Assembly: GCA_010015805.1 (NCBI GenBank)
Contig: ML978135.1
Span: 248,001-312,000, forward strand
Reading direction: 5' to 3'
From: Rhizodiscina lignyota
Lineage: Eukaryota
DNA: 64,000 bases
In this document: positions 10,650-22,315 of the stretch, piece by piece
How positions within the stretch are numbered: the stretch's first letter is position 1
Layout of the letters: every line of letters starts with the position of its first letter
The notes under the pieces: generated by a model
Told to the model about the DNA's origin: nothing
Databases searched by the model: none
Seen by the model: only the letters and a program-made list of their open reading frames with translations
Position numbers and translations under genes: made by a program

Positions 10650-10960
10650 TTGACTAAATGCATATAACGTCTATCTAGAGTCGGCGGCGGAGATCTCCAC
10701 GATAACGAAATTGGCGGAGAACAGAGGCATAGTTTTTGGTCTTGAACAGCTGGGAGTCCTTCCCCACTGTCGGACACAGGAGTCTCCGATTTTACAATAT
10801 CACCATCTTCCGTGACCCATGAGTACGAGATAGCCTCGTAGCTGATAGATTCAACGGTTTGGTTCAGTTTGGTTTTTACAAGTTCGCCACAAAGGTCATT
10901 ATCATCGTCATAGCCGTACAGTAAGGACGCGAATTTGGTCAGTGCATTCCAAATGCGTGT
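10650..10960 (-). pseudogene. Decayed N-terminal HET domain remnant
   Basis: LCGELVKTKL...SYEAISYSW, then after a frameshift TKNYASVLRQFRYRGDLRRRL*IDVICI*. This matches the HET motifs YEALSYxW and RxLWIDAICINQ with Trp changed to TAG. Confidence 0.7.
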
Positions 10961-12702
10961 AGCAGCAAGATTGGCGTGTTCCCTGGTCGACGTGCTTGCC
11001 CTAGGGCGGAGCTTGGTTCGTTGTCTTACCTTCCCCTCTGAAATGAGACTTGGGTTGTGCTCGCTCTTCGTCTTCTTCATCGTTGGAGGATGATGCGCTC
11101 TTTCCCCCTGAGCGTCAAAGATGCCTTTGTGAATGCCGTTGGCGTCATCGCACCCTGCGATGTTGAAGTGGTTAAGAATACTGAGAGATTATAGTTAGGG
11201 TAAGTGAATACTTCAAGAGTTGAAGAAAGTAGCGCTGCCACTGCGAGGGGAATTTGGGAAAATGTCCGCCTCAACGTTGAAGTGGAGTTCCCCATTCAGT
11301 GGCCAGAATCTTATCAAGCCGAAGCTATTCGATTGTTCTAGGCTCTTTGAGACTTTGATTGCTTTGAGGCTGTTAGATGGCTCCAAGTCTCTTAATCGCC
11401 CCTTCAGCGTGCAACATCGGGGAAGATAGAACTGGCTCCGTCTTTTACGGCCGACATGCAATCATGCATGGGGAGGTTCAGCTGCCTTGCCTGCACGTCA
11501 GGCTGGCCAACGAGCGATCCCCACTGCGTTGGTGAGCTGCATGTGCAATGGGCGAATCATGCGAAGCTCACCCGCTCCCCTCTACGCTGGCGACAAGGAC
11601 AATGCTCGCTGTCCTAAATACCAGACTACCAGTTGCCTTATTAGACACCACTCATAGACACCTCTTGCCATTTTAAAAATTTGTCATGGGAATCCAGATA
11701 GAAGATGCAATGCATTCCAACAATGTATACCGCGCTCTTTGCTGAAATTGGAAAACTTTCAATTGCCCTAAAGGGTCATATTAGCGACCCAGGGTGGCAG
11801 AGCAATGCCGTCATCGCCTCTTCGAGTCCGAACTGGGTCATTTGCTGTTCGAAGACACGCCTCGGAAGAACAACCGCTAATAACGAAGGAGGAAAGCTTC
11901 TCGGTGTGCCGGCTTCCTGGGGCGAAGCTGGAGGACTTCTTGAATCAGAAGTTTCCGCAAGTCTTGCATTCAATATTCGCGTAAGTTCTCTCATGCCCAT
12001 TCATAAGCGCAATGCGAATGATGATCCTGCTGTAGGTTGAAATGGACCGATATGTATTCAGCATCCCAAAGGACGCAGCATTCACAGACGTAAGCTCCGA
12101 CCGCAAAATAATATTTCACCTCAGGCAAAAGTCAAATAATAAAGGGCATAGCTGACTAAGCGACTGCAAGGGACATTGGACAAGGCTGCATTGCAAGATC
12201 TGAGGGAGGGCGCTGGCGAAAAGGGGCTGAAGAACTCCTCCCCCTCCGGCGCCGCCACATCCTCACCATTGCACGCCCTGTGACCCCATGCCATGATGCC
12301 CAGAGCTGGCGAGGCTCTGCTACTGCACGCTGAATCATTTCTCTCCCGATTATTGTGCGTGAGATCGGTTCTCTGTGAAATGGCCCGACTAGCGTGGTGC
12401 TTGGCAAAGTTTCGTTCACCTGGATCTCATTTTCCGGCTCAAGCCCAGCCTCGCAGCAGCTTTCTCGAGCAAGTGATCTCTGCGCAACCAATCTCACGAG
12501 AGTCACGATACTCTAGCTATGATGGACGAGCAGCTGCCGAGGATAGTAGTGTGGAGGCATAGCGGGTATAAGTAGGTATGCATTGCAAGGATCCGACGCG
12601 CTGGAATTCCATAGGATATTTGTTGCGCGTAGCACATCACCGTGCTGTCGTCTCCCGTCCAGCGCGATTGTCTATTCATCTGGATCGAGCGCTAAAACGA
12701 CA

Positions 12703-15019
12703 ATGACGGACGTGAAGCCGGACGACTCGCACTCCGCGGCAGATGTTGAGCACAGCGAAGTCACGCCGAAGCTGTCGCACGACGTGGAGAAGTCCTCCTC
12801 ACAGGAGAAGCCAGCGGCGACATCTTATATTCCTCAGAGCGACGAGGAATATGACGTGACGTATGTTCATTTTGCTCTTCGCCTTAGTCGGGCGTCTTCC
12901 TGGGCCACGACCAGCTCTCATACCCCAATCAACTAGTACACAAACCACAAGATGTGTAGCTAATTCTTTACAGCCTCAAAACATGGCTAGTTGTCTTTAT
13001 TCTCTCCTGCTCGTACGGCATCTCATTCTGGATCGTGCCTGCCTTGTCCCCAGCAGTTGCGATCGTTGCAACTGAGCTCGGCGATGCTACGAAATCGGCT
13101 TTCTTCGTGTCCACGTATGTTTGCCCTTTAACAGATCAGACAGGATCGGTTCTTAGAGGAGCTCTACTAATTGCTTTACAGTTATCTTATCGCTATCACT
13201 ATAACATTCATGATTTGTGGCGCAAACAGCGACTTATTTGGCCGACGATGGTTCATCGTCGGAGGCAATGTCCTGTTATTTATCGGCTTCATTGTCGGCG
13301 GCACAGCGAAGAGCAATAACGGAATGATTGCTGCTATGGCACTCATCGGCATCGGCGCTGGAAATTCCCAACTGGCGGCCTTTGCCTTGCCAGAACTTCT
13401 GCCAAACAAGTGGAGGCCTGCAGCCGTTGTCATGGCTGATGGCGTTCTGTTTTTCACTGTCCTCATTGGCCCAGTTGCTGGACGCTGGTCCGGCGCCCAC
13501 GGGCACTCGTGGCGATGGTTATTCTATGCCCCGGCAATTGCGGTTTTCGGATCCTTTGTAGGTTTATACCTCTTTTACTACCCACCAAAGCATCCTCGAG
13601 GATTACCGTGGAACCAGGCCCTCCGAGAGCTCGACTATGGCGGCGCCTTGCTGTTCATTACCTCCACCGCTTTGATCCTGACCGGCGTCAACTACACCAC
13701 GATTCGAAAGTCCTCGGACCCGGTAGTCATCGGCCTACTGTGCTCTGGCTTTGGAACTTTAGTTCTTTTCATCCTATATGAAACTTTCATGCCTCTCAAG
13801 CAGCCTCTGACACCAACGCGTGTGTTCACTCGTGGTAAAGGCCGGGAGCTTACCGCACCCTTTGTGGCAGCTTTCGTAGTCACTGTATGTGGAAATTGAG
13901 CAGGACTGTATTTGCACAATAACTGATTGAGACCAGATGTTTTATTATGCGATCAACATTATCTACCCGACAATGATCAATGTCTTCTTCTCAGCTGAAG
14001 GCGATTACAAGTACCAGGCAGTGCTTACTCTCCCGAGCAACCTGGGTCTCATTCTCGGCGCTGTCTTGCTCACGGCCTTCGGCTTAAAGATCGGCCACTG
14101 GCGCTGGACACTCACAGGGAGCGTCTTTATCATGGTATTCTTTGGTGCACTTTTGGGTGTGGGTACACCGGAGCGCAAAGGGTATTTACGATCAGCAGCT
14201 CAATATCGAATTGTACTGACGGTTCTAGGACAATGATCGCGATGGTATTCATTGGCCAGGTCGGCTTCGGCTGGGCACAGTACCTCTCCATCGCTTACGT
14301 ACAGTTCGGATGCGACCAGGTTGAGCTGGGCATTTCTGGCGGCCTTGCAGGTGTGGCGCGTTTCGCCGGCGGTGCTGTGGCTATATCAGTTTACACCGCA
14401 ATCCTCACCAACGTCCAAGGGAACCACATGGCTAAGCTCGTTCCCCCGGCAGCCGAAGCAGCGGGCCTACCCTCTAGTTCAGTCCCTGCTCTAATGGCTG
14501 CTCTGCCATTAGGATCTGCTGCCATTGCCCAGGTTCCAGGGATCACGACTCAGATAGCCTTGGCTGCTGCAAAAGCGTTCCAACAGAGCTATGTTATTGG
14601 CCTGAGGACAACTGCACTATCATCTCTTGCATTTGGTATCCCGGCAATTATTGGTAAGTTCAACCCATCGAGCTTTTGGACAATGCAACTTGGGCAAATC
14701 TTTCAACGACCGCTTTCATTACGCCTGAGGCTGAGAGCTTGAAAAGCTCGAGGCTCTGTTAGAGGCCAAGTTCAAAGTCCTTCTGTGATACAAGCCGGCC
14801 TCCTAGCAACAGTTTCAACGGCTGCTCAGCAGGCTCGTCCGATGGATGGAAGACTGTCCAGTTTGCGTTGATCACAAGCTTGCCCCATCGTTTGATTTGC
14901 AGTATACTGATCCATGAATAGCTTGCATCTGCTGCCAAGACATCGACGAGAAGATGACCAACAAGATTGAGGTCTTCTTGGAGAACGACAAGAATGCCGA
15001 TAAGAACGTTTACCACTAG
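12703..15019 (+). CDS. MFS transporter, TRI12 (fungal trichothecene efflux pump)-like family; multi-exon, last exon 14921-15019
   Basis: SDLFGRRWF, PELLPNKWR, WRWLFY, FYYPPKHPRG, LDYGG motifs; many TM helices; terminal exon CQDIDEKMTNKIEVFLEND. Confidence 0.9.
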
Positions 15020-15305
15020 CATGTCAATAGGGTAGGGTCTCTGCGAATGGAGATGGATATGTACTGTTTGTGTGGAAGCAAATGCTCTTGAAATAGTTCC
15101 CAAGTATGTATGTTATACTGATATTCGATTTGGAATGAGTTCAAACTATCTCGATCCTCCTCCCATGCACCAAGGCAGGGTGGACTGCTTGATGGGGTTG
15201 TTCGTTATCAATATGCCAGTACTCCATGGAGAAGGAGATCTTGCGTTCTAGAGAGCCAGAGACTGCCCCCGATTTACGTATTTGGTCGATGAACGTAAAT
15301 CTTTT

Positions 15306-15540
15306 TCAGACGATATTGAATGTTTGACGAAGGAATTGTGACCGAAACTGCGATTCCAATTCCGGTTTTGTGCGCATATCCCAATGCAACAATTTGCAAA
15401 CGCATTGGCCTACAAGGAGATAACGTGTATCCTGCGCCGATTTTCGCAATACAAAGGGATGCTCAGAGCCCTCAAGTAAATATATTGAATCGTCTACTTG
15501 TGAACGAGGCATACGAACACAGTTTCGGATGATGTGAGGT
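15306..15540 (-). pseudogene. Isolated C-terminal tail of a HET-domain-type gene
   Basis: DDSIYLLEGSEHPFVLRK...YLLVGQC...FNIV* matches the typical terminal motif of HET proteins; no upstream coding continuation is visible. Confidence 0.55.
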
Positions 15541-15825
15541 GGTCAGGCTAGGGTTAGGGTCAGGCAATACGGCTGGAAAAATAGAAAAAGCGATGCCGAA
15601 GGGATTTTTATAGTCGCCTAAGGAACCGCAGCCTTCTTTCCTTAGCACCTCACGTTTATAAACCTTATAACAGCGAGCATTGATCGAACCAGTTTCTCAA
15701 GCGCCGATTACACCTTCTATACAGACTATAGCAACACCAAAAGAAGCACTACAGCAATACTACACAAACACAACACTAAAGCACCCGCTCAGCCATAACC
15801 ACCACGCTCTTAGGCTGTGCCACGT

Positions 15826-16641
15826 CTATTCCTCGATGTACCCATTTCTCTCATCGGAGAAGAATGACATACACTCTTCGACCGTCGGTACCGCCTGTGC
15901 GTCTCTAAGTAAGTTTACCAGCTGGGTCTGCATTGATATAACAGCCTGCTTGTCTACTCGCGAAAGAGCCTCCTCGTCTACCATCCTCTCCACAAACTCG
16001 ACCAGCCCGAGCTCGCACGCCTCATTCGACTCCCAGTCCGCCTCCGGCCGGTTAACCGCACCGAGATCTAGCCCTTCGTTATAGTCGTACCGCCCCAAGT
16101 CTGTTGCCACCGCCTTCAGGAACTCCACCTCCCTGCTGGCCCCATGACGGTAGATCTCACGATCCGTCCCCAAACTGTCGCCAGTGCGCCTCTTGTGCCA
16201 GATCGCAGACTGCGTCTTTAAGCTATGCCGCCCGCTAACTTCCACACTCTCGTCGAGCCGCCACCCCCTATCGACCAGCGCGCTCTTCCGGCGCGCCAGC
16301 AGAGGTAACAGCTCGCTATCGTCCTCACGGTCTCCCATCCTATCCAGGTAGCCGAGCACTCTGCCTAGCCCGTCCGAGGCCTGTAAGTCCAGCCCCACCC
16401 GCCGGCCGACCTCCGTCGCGAACATGCGCGCAACCAAAACGCGACATGCACTGATCTGCGCATCATCCATCATGCTGCCCGACTCCAGCATCTGCACAAA
16501 CTCCGGCACTCCGACGACCTGCAGCGTCTGCACCCACGAGGCCCGTGTACAACCCCCCTCCGACGTCTTGAACGCCTTCGCAACCTCAGCACGAATCGCG
16601 TCCTCCATCTCCGCTACCGTGCCGCGAGTCAGCATGATCAA
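15826..16641 (-). CDS. Hypothetical protein, 271 aa, intronless, no recognisable family
   Basis: Long GC-rich open frame with protein-like composition (acidic, helical-looking). Confidence 0.55.
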   Translation of the reverse strand: MIMLTRGTVAEMEDAIRAEVAKAFKTSEGGCTRASWVQTLQVVGVPEFVQMLESGSMMDDAQISACRVLVARMFATEVGRRVGLDLQASDGLGRVLGYLDRMGDREDDSELLPLLARRKSALVDRGWRLDESVEVSGRHSLKTQSAIWHKRRTGDSLGTDREIYRHGASREVEFLKAVATDLGRYDYNEGLDLGAVNRPEADWESNEACELGLVEFVERMVDEEALSRVDKQAVISMQTQLVNLLRDAQAVPTVEECMSFFSDERNGYIEE

Positions 16642-16704
16642 TTAGCTCCTCTCTTTATTTCCCCCCAGTAGCAAAGGGAAGCTTTTTTCCCAAGATGCCG
16701 GGCG

Positions 16705-16891
16705 GTCGCCCTCTTTAAGTAGAGTCCAGCCATCCATCAGTGTCCAGTTACACGCCTCTCGGCCAACAGCCCTTGTCAGTCACAGATGGCCAACTATGTC
16801 CAGTCGCCCTCCTTAAGTAGAGTCCAGCCAGTCATAAGCCTCTCGGCCAACAACCCTTGTCAGTCACAGATGGCCAACTGTGTCCAGTCGC
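16705..16891. repeat. Tandem duplication, two ~90-100 bp copies
   Basis: gtcgccctcYttaagtagagtccagcca...gcctctcggccaacaRcccttgtcagtcacagatggccaactRtgtccagtcgc starts at 16705 and again at 16803. Confidence 0.9.
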
Positions 16892-17920
16892 AGCTAAGCC
16901 CCAGGGACATCTTCCCTCCGCGCAACAGGGGGGCTATTGCTGTGCAGTCTGCAAGACTACGTTCTTTAGCCGCTGCGCTTATGACTTGCATTACCACTAG
17001 AGAGTGGCAGCGGCCAGCGGCTATAGCACTACTAGGAAGTATAATGTTTAGTTATTCATTAAAGTTATTAATATATCGGAATCTCCGTGTGGCATTATGT
17101 TCGGAATGAATTCAGAAGAATACGACCCGTCTGTGAGATGCGTGGTAGTACTTCTGATTACGATTTGCATCGCAGGAGCAATGGTAAGCTTCGAGAACTT
17201 ACTAGCTTAGACACTTGGCGGAACCCGTCGGAACGATTCCACATTGCAGCACTCTGTATGCCATGATCCTACAAGAGCGTTATAAAGACCCATTTCGGTA
17301 CGAGCGCCTTGCGATAGGTAAAATGTCTGCAGGAGCATGGAAGATTCTATCGAGTCAAGTCGGACGTCCGCTTCAGATAGTGGATATAGAGGCTCGTTGA
17401 ATCGAAATAGCAACAGTTATTTTGTCAGCAAATTCAGCAGGAAAAGGTGTATCCTCGGGGGCAGAGGGAGATCGGACGGTTTGTTCGATGCGACAGTTCG
17501 TTGTTGTTTAGCGACGACCCATTCGCGTTGAACTCAAATTGAAGATGACTTCACGTTTGAATCAAATTTCGATCAAATTCTTGCTTCGTTCGCTTTGTAG
17601 CTGTTTTAATTGGTCTAAATGCTTGATTGGGATGGAGTGTTGATGAATATCAACGTTCACGAATCACCGTTCACGAGTCACCGTTGAAAATGGACGTCTG
17701 GTATTCCCACTTCAGCTTCAAATACTTCGCTCGACGCCTGGAAACTTTCTTCTTCACATTTCCATCTCATTTCATCGAAAGCGCTACATCCACTGCAAAC
17801 GTATAACAATCGAATCTTATCTCAAGTCACCAAACATCATTTCGAGTCACTCTACTCTCATCGCATACTACCTCTACTCATCATATACCACCATCTCAAC
17901 TCATCACACACTTCCTCAGC

Positions 17921-18970
17921 ATGTCTGATAAGGTCTTCGTCAACCTTTCAACCCTTCTATCAGGTTCCTCAGCACGAATCATTGGAGTTGGATCATGCTG
18001 CTCCGTTTGGTCCTCCCCTCATGTGAGCACATCTCAGGTCTTCAAAATCGGAACTGGTCCAAAGCGCAGGGCGCTGCACAGGAGCTTCGGGTTTCAACCA
18101 CGATTGCCTTCTGCTTTTAGCCCTCACGTCGTCAGTCCTCTCAGTCTTGCCTTCTATCCAGGCGGCGATGAACGGTGGACCAGTCGCCTGGATTTCGATT
18201 GGCGCCTCACAGAATTTGATGCTGTTGTGAGCGAGCGGATTCAGCCTTTCAAGCAACCGGTACGAGACCTACTCATCGACCTGTACTGCCCTAAGCAGCT
18301 CCGCGATCTTGTCAGACAGAATCCGCTCAACGAAAACTGCCTCATCCGGCCCTACCTTGGCCGCCGGAAGAACCAAACTGGCCCACCATCCCAATTTCCC
18401 GAGATCGAGCTCTGTGATTTCCCTCTCCATGTGGACCAGATGGAACACCTAGGCCTCCACACTCACGAGTACGCGAGGATCATGGCAGACACCTTGGCCT
18501 ACCTTCATTGGGAGCTCGGGGTCGATGCTAGTGGTCTCGAATTCGTGCTGGCACCTGGAAGGCCACAAGAGGAGGACAACATCATCTCCTCGGACTCTCT
18601 CGGCGAACATGCCGTCTGGATCCTGGACTTCGACGCATTCAACGGCTTCCGACGACTCGACAACAAGGCGGTACCCCTGGCGGTCGCGGCATTCCTCTCC
18701 AATGAGCGGTACTTCCCTCGCCCAGGTCCAGACCCAAAGGACGAAGCGCTCTGGAACACATTCAAACAGCGCTACTTGGAGACGAGCGACTACATCATCA
18801 AAGGCGGCCTAGACGGTTTCATGGGCTTTTGGGGAGGGGAGGAGGAGACATGTTCCCGTCTTCCTCGCCGCGTCATGGTGAGGATCGAGAAGGAAGTCGA
18901 ACGGAGGGAGAAGGAGAGAAGGAGGGACCGGGAGAGCGCGAGAGAGCTAGGTTTCGAACCCCTTGAGTAA
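17921..18970 (+). CDS. DUF3669-domain protein
   Basis: CLIRPYLGRR, FPLHVDQME, MADTLAYLHW..GVDA..EFVLAP, LGEHAVWILDFD and YFPRP...LWNTFKQRY motifs recognised from this fungal family. Confidence 0.8.
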   Translation: MSDKVFVNLSTLLSGSSARIIGVGSCCSVWSSPHVSTSQVFKIGTGPKRRALHRSFGFQPRLPSAFSPHVVSPLSLAFYPGGDERWTSRLDFDWRLTEFDAVVSERIQPFKQPVRDLLIDLYCPKQLRDLVRQNPLNENCLIRPYLGRRKNQTGPPSQFPEIELCDFPLHVDQMEHLGLHTHEYARIMADTLAYLHWELGVDASGLEFVLAPGRPQEEDNIISSDSLGEHAVWILDFDAFNGFRRLDNKAVPLAVAAFLSNERYFPRPGPDPKDEALWNTFKQRYLETSDYIIKGGLDGFMGFWGGEEETCSRLPRRVMVRIEKEVERREKERRRDRESARELGFEPLE

Positions 18971-19329
18971 CTCACTAGTCATTAAATGAAATACCAATCC
19001 GTTGCGCGCCCGACCAACCTGCAACCCAAGCCCCATTTTTGCTGTGCCCCGCCCCGTTGAAGTGTTCCCCAGTAAAGATGTTAATTTCAGTATGTAAGTC
19101 AGCGTTGATCAGTTAAGAGAACTCCACGCACAATCAAACCATCGGCTCTGGCGGAAGTTTGGGTCTTTCTCGCGCATCTGACTTGAGAATCCAAGCTTGA
19201 GGTCTCTGTATCCTGTAACAAACTGGCTCTTTCTGTGAAACACGTCCATTTCCCTAAATTAACACGCATCGTCTACTGAAATTCCGCATATGATCCAACG
19301 ATCCCCCCGCTCTCAAGGCGAACGCGCCT

Positions 19330-21726
19330 TTAAAGCTTTTGACAATTCCGAAATATGTCTTCCATGAACAAGAACATCTCCAATCTGGTTCTCCTAAAGC
19401 GTTTCTGAAACTTTGCTGCTGCCGGTAGTCCATGTAATTGGACTCGAGCGATTGGTGTCGAGAATAAATCGTCTTCCTCGGGCATTGTGATGTATACTGG
19501 ACCCCTACGCGGCACCTGGATAATCTTAATACGCTGATTCTCCACTATTGGATGTCAGGATCCCTTGGGAAAGGCAGAAAGAAGGGTACATACCGCCATC
19601 AGGAAGGTCACACCGTCGCTTACAATGAAGTTTCTTTGGCTGTTGAGCTTGTATACAGTAAGTGAGTACCCACAGCCTCTTCTCATCTTTGCTGATTGAA
19701 ATTGGCAGATGATCTTCAAGCCATTCAACAATGCCTTTTTTATATTTCCCGCTGTTTGATCCGGAGCCCGCATATGACTGCACGGGAGTTGCGAACCGAT
19801 TATTCCTTCCTGCAAAGTGATTTTGCGGCTCTGGCGTCCTGTCGGGTGTGCTGACGGATTCAGACGTTCGAGGCTTAGAATTAAGGGAGGACGGAGTTGT
19901 TGCCCGAGTGCTATCCGCTCTCACTTGAACACTTCGCTCCAGTGGTTTCAACGATCCCGAAGGCAAAATGGCACCGGTAGTGATATGAGGCGTGACAAGA
20001 ACGGCTGCCATTACAGTAACACTAGCATCCAATTGTGAAAGTGAGATACCATATGCAGCCAGTGGCTCGAACATTGCCTTTGGTTTCCAAGGACCCTTGA
20101 CAAGAGATAGCACAGAGATTGTCTCCTCTGGCACAAACGCAGAGCAGACATGGAGACTGGATTTGGACACATTGCGAGGTGCTTGAGGACGCCGTCGGGA
20201 GGTCGGAATGTCAGGTGGCGTTCCAATTCCTGAGTCCGCAGCATCGCTGTTGGTGTCACTCGATCGGCTTTGCCAGGTTGTTTGACTCTTTGGACCCGGC
20301 GGAGGTAACTCCTCTGAATTGGAGCTCATTCGTTTTTGTCGTTTAGCACGCAGTCGTCTGAAGTTGACAAGGCGCTCGGCGACTTCTGTGATCCGGTTTG
20401 CAACTTCTTCCTTGGAGAGGTAGTCACGAACTCCCTTTTCGATGCTATCGATGTACCAGATGTCTGCAGTATCCCATTCGAGGACGCTGAGTGGCGACTC
20501 CGCAATCTCAAACCTGTAGTAAGGCAGAGTCATCTTTTGCTCCGCTGGGGAAGGCTGGGAGAGCTTGGAGAGGTCCTCGACGACTTTGGTATCAAACTCT
20601 CGCGACCAGGGTAATAACGGATCACTATGTGCCTTGCCTATGCCACGATTTCCTGGCCAGAGTGTAGCCAGCGTTCGGCGCAGAGCAGAATCGGCACTGG
20701 AGTTACTTGAGATGGTAGTCGACCGCCTTGGGATGAGATCCTCTCTGATACCGGTTCCAATATTTACAACTGTATTAAACAGTGCAAGTGTGGGTTTGGT
20801 CCTTGTCGAAGACTCTGAATCAAAGAGGGTCTTAATCTCATGTAAGGCCAAAGTGGTTGGGTTGTTTGCCATGACACCACCGTCGATGTATGTATCAGTT
20901 TGAAGCCTGATGGGTCGGAAATACGACGGTGCGGCGCAAGTCGCTCGGGCTACTTGCCAAATTTTCAAATCCGATGATGAAGTCTGATCTGCAGCGGTCC
21001 ATTCCGAATCATGCTTTATTGTCTCTGGCTCCTGATAAGTCCGAAAGATGTGCGGGACACATCCGTATTCGTCCTTCTTTGTGCATGTGATGAGCCTAAA
21101 ACCGTTAATATTAGATTCCGTCAAGCTAAGTATTGAGATTGACCTACGTTTTCGATTGCAGCGAAGGCGCGGACCAGGAGAACTTGTCTGTGTCACGTAG
21201 ACGAGGAGAATAACGACGTATGACCTCTTGAAGCTTGTTCTCCAATTTAGTCGAATCATACTTCGGACGCGCCATTAGTCGATGAAAATTTCGTGGCCTG
21301 CTGAAAATATCGTTTGATAACTGTCTATACGCATCTTTGCATTCGTCGATGCGCATCTTCAGACGTCCGAGCATGATCGCTATCAGCCTACTCAGAAGTC
21401 AGCATGGACAAAGTTACCGAGCGGATCGATAGCAAGTTAGCAACTGACCCTCCCGTCGAAGTTCCAACAATGTAGTTAAAGTAGTCACACGGCAGGAGCT
21501 GCTCTTGTGGCTCCTGTTCTACACCATTCCTCAGCTTCTCAATGCCAGCGATCTCCTTGAACAGAGCTTCAAGGATCAACAGTGTAGAATAGCCTTTAAT
21601 CCCCCCGCCATCTGAAGATTAAAAAGTATTAGTACGGCTCAGACATGTATCTGTGAGGTACCAACCCAAACTAAGGACAGTCTGTTGCTTCCATCCTTCT
21701 TGAATTGTCTCGAGCGACGAAGCCAT
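19330..21726 (-). CDS. Patatin-like phospholipase with long C-terminal extension (multi-exon)
   Basis: LSL/DGGGIKG, GTSTGG (catalytic Ser), LIAIMLGRL, IWQVARATCAAPSYF and DGGVMANNP (catalytic Asp). ATG at 21726; last exon inferred from a GTATGT..CTGAC..TAG intron near 19590-19548. Confidence 0.85.
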
Positions 21727-22315
21727 TGCGCCTTGAAAGAGAGCCGCCTTGTGTAGCCTTGGCGCCTTATTCAAAAATGTTTATTACTCGGCAGAAAATA
21801 CTCGGTAGATTTGCAACTAGGAAGACGGGAGAGATAAAAGGATGATGGAAAGTGGCTTGTTGTTTTGTGTGACCGACTGAGAGGCGCAGCAAGGCAGCTG
21901 AAGAAGTTCTGGGCGTCAAGCGAGCACCTCAGGTGGACTCGTCCGGTCACTGCACTTTCGCATTTTCCCTCGAAACACTGCCACATATGAGTGTTCCGGT
22001 GTAGCACAGAGAGGGTGGTCTTCTGCAGCCTCGCGCTGAATAGGGCCTTCTATTCGCTCAACTGTCCTTCCGCGCGTCATGCAGCTGAGCGACAAACGAA
22101 GACGGATATCCGGCGACAAGGCAAACAAACACGAAAACCCATAACAGACAACTTCAACATTGAAATGACGGCGCGGTGGCTTGATGAGGATGTCAGCTAT
22201 GCCTCCGCATAGCCTGCGCGGCCTCCCGAGGCTGTTTAAAAGTATGCGACGTCTTAATGACAGAATATGAGAGTTCGAACATTCTTCCAACTTTGCAAAT
22301 TGCACGGATTACACG

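Noticed and set aside
11077..12562. Several short overlapping ORFs upstream of the transporter
   Set aside because: No coherent splice model or motif; may be promoter sequence or unrecognisable gene debris.
15549..15560. Telomere-like TAGGGTTAGGGT
   Set aside because: Only about two units and no matching inverted copy; too short to call an interstitial telomere or element terminus.
17653..17685. Short tandem cgttcacgaRtcac repeat upstream of the DUF3669 gene
   Set aside because: About 2.5 copies of a 14-mer; consistent with simple slippage, with no evidence of function.
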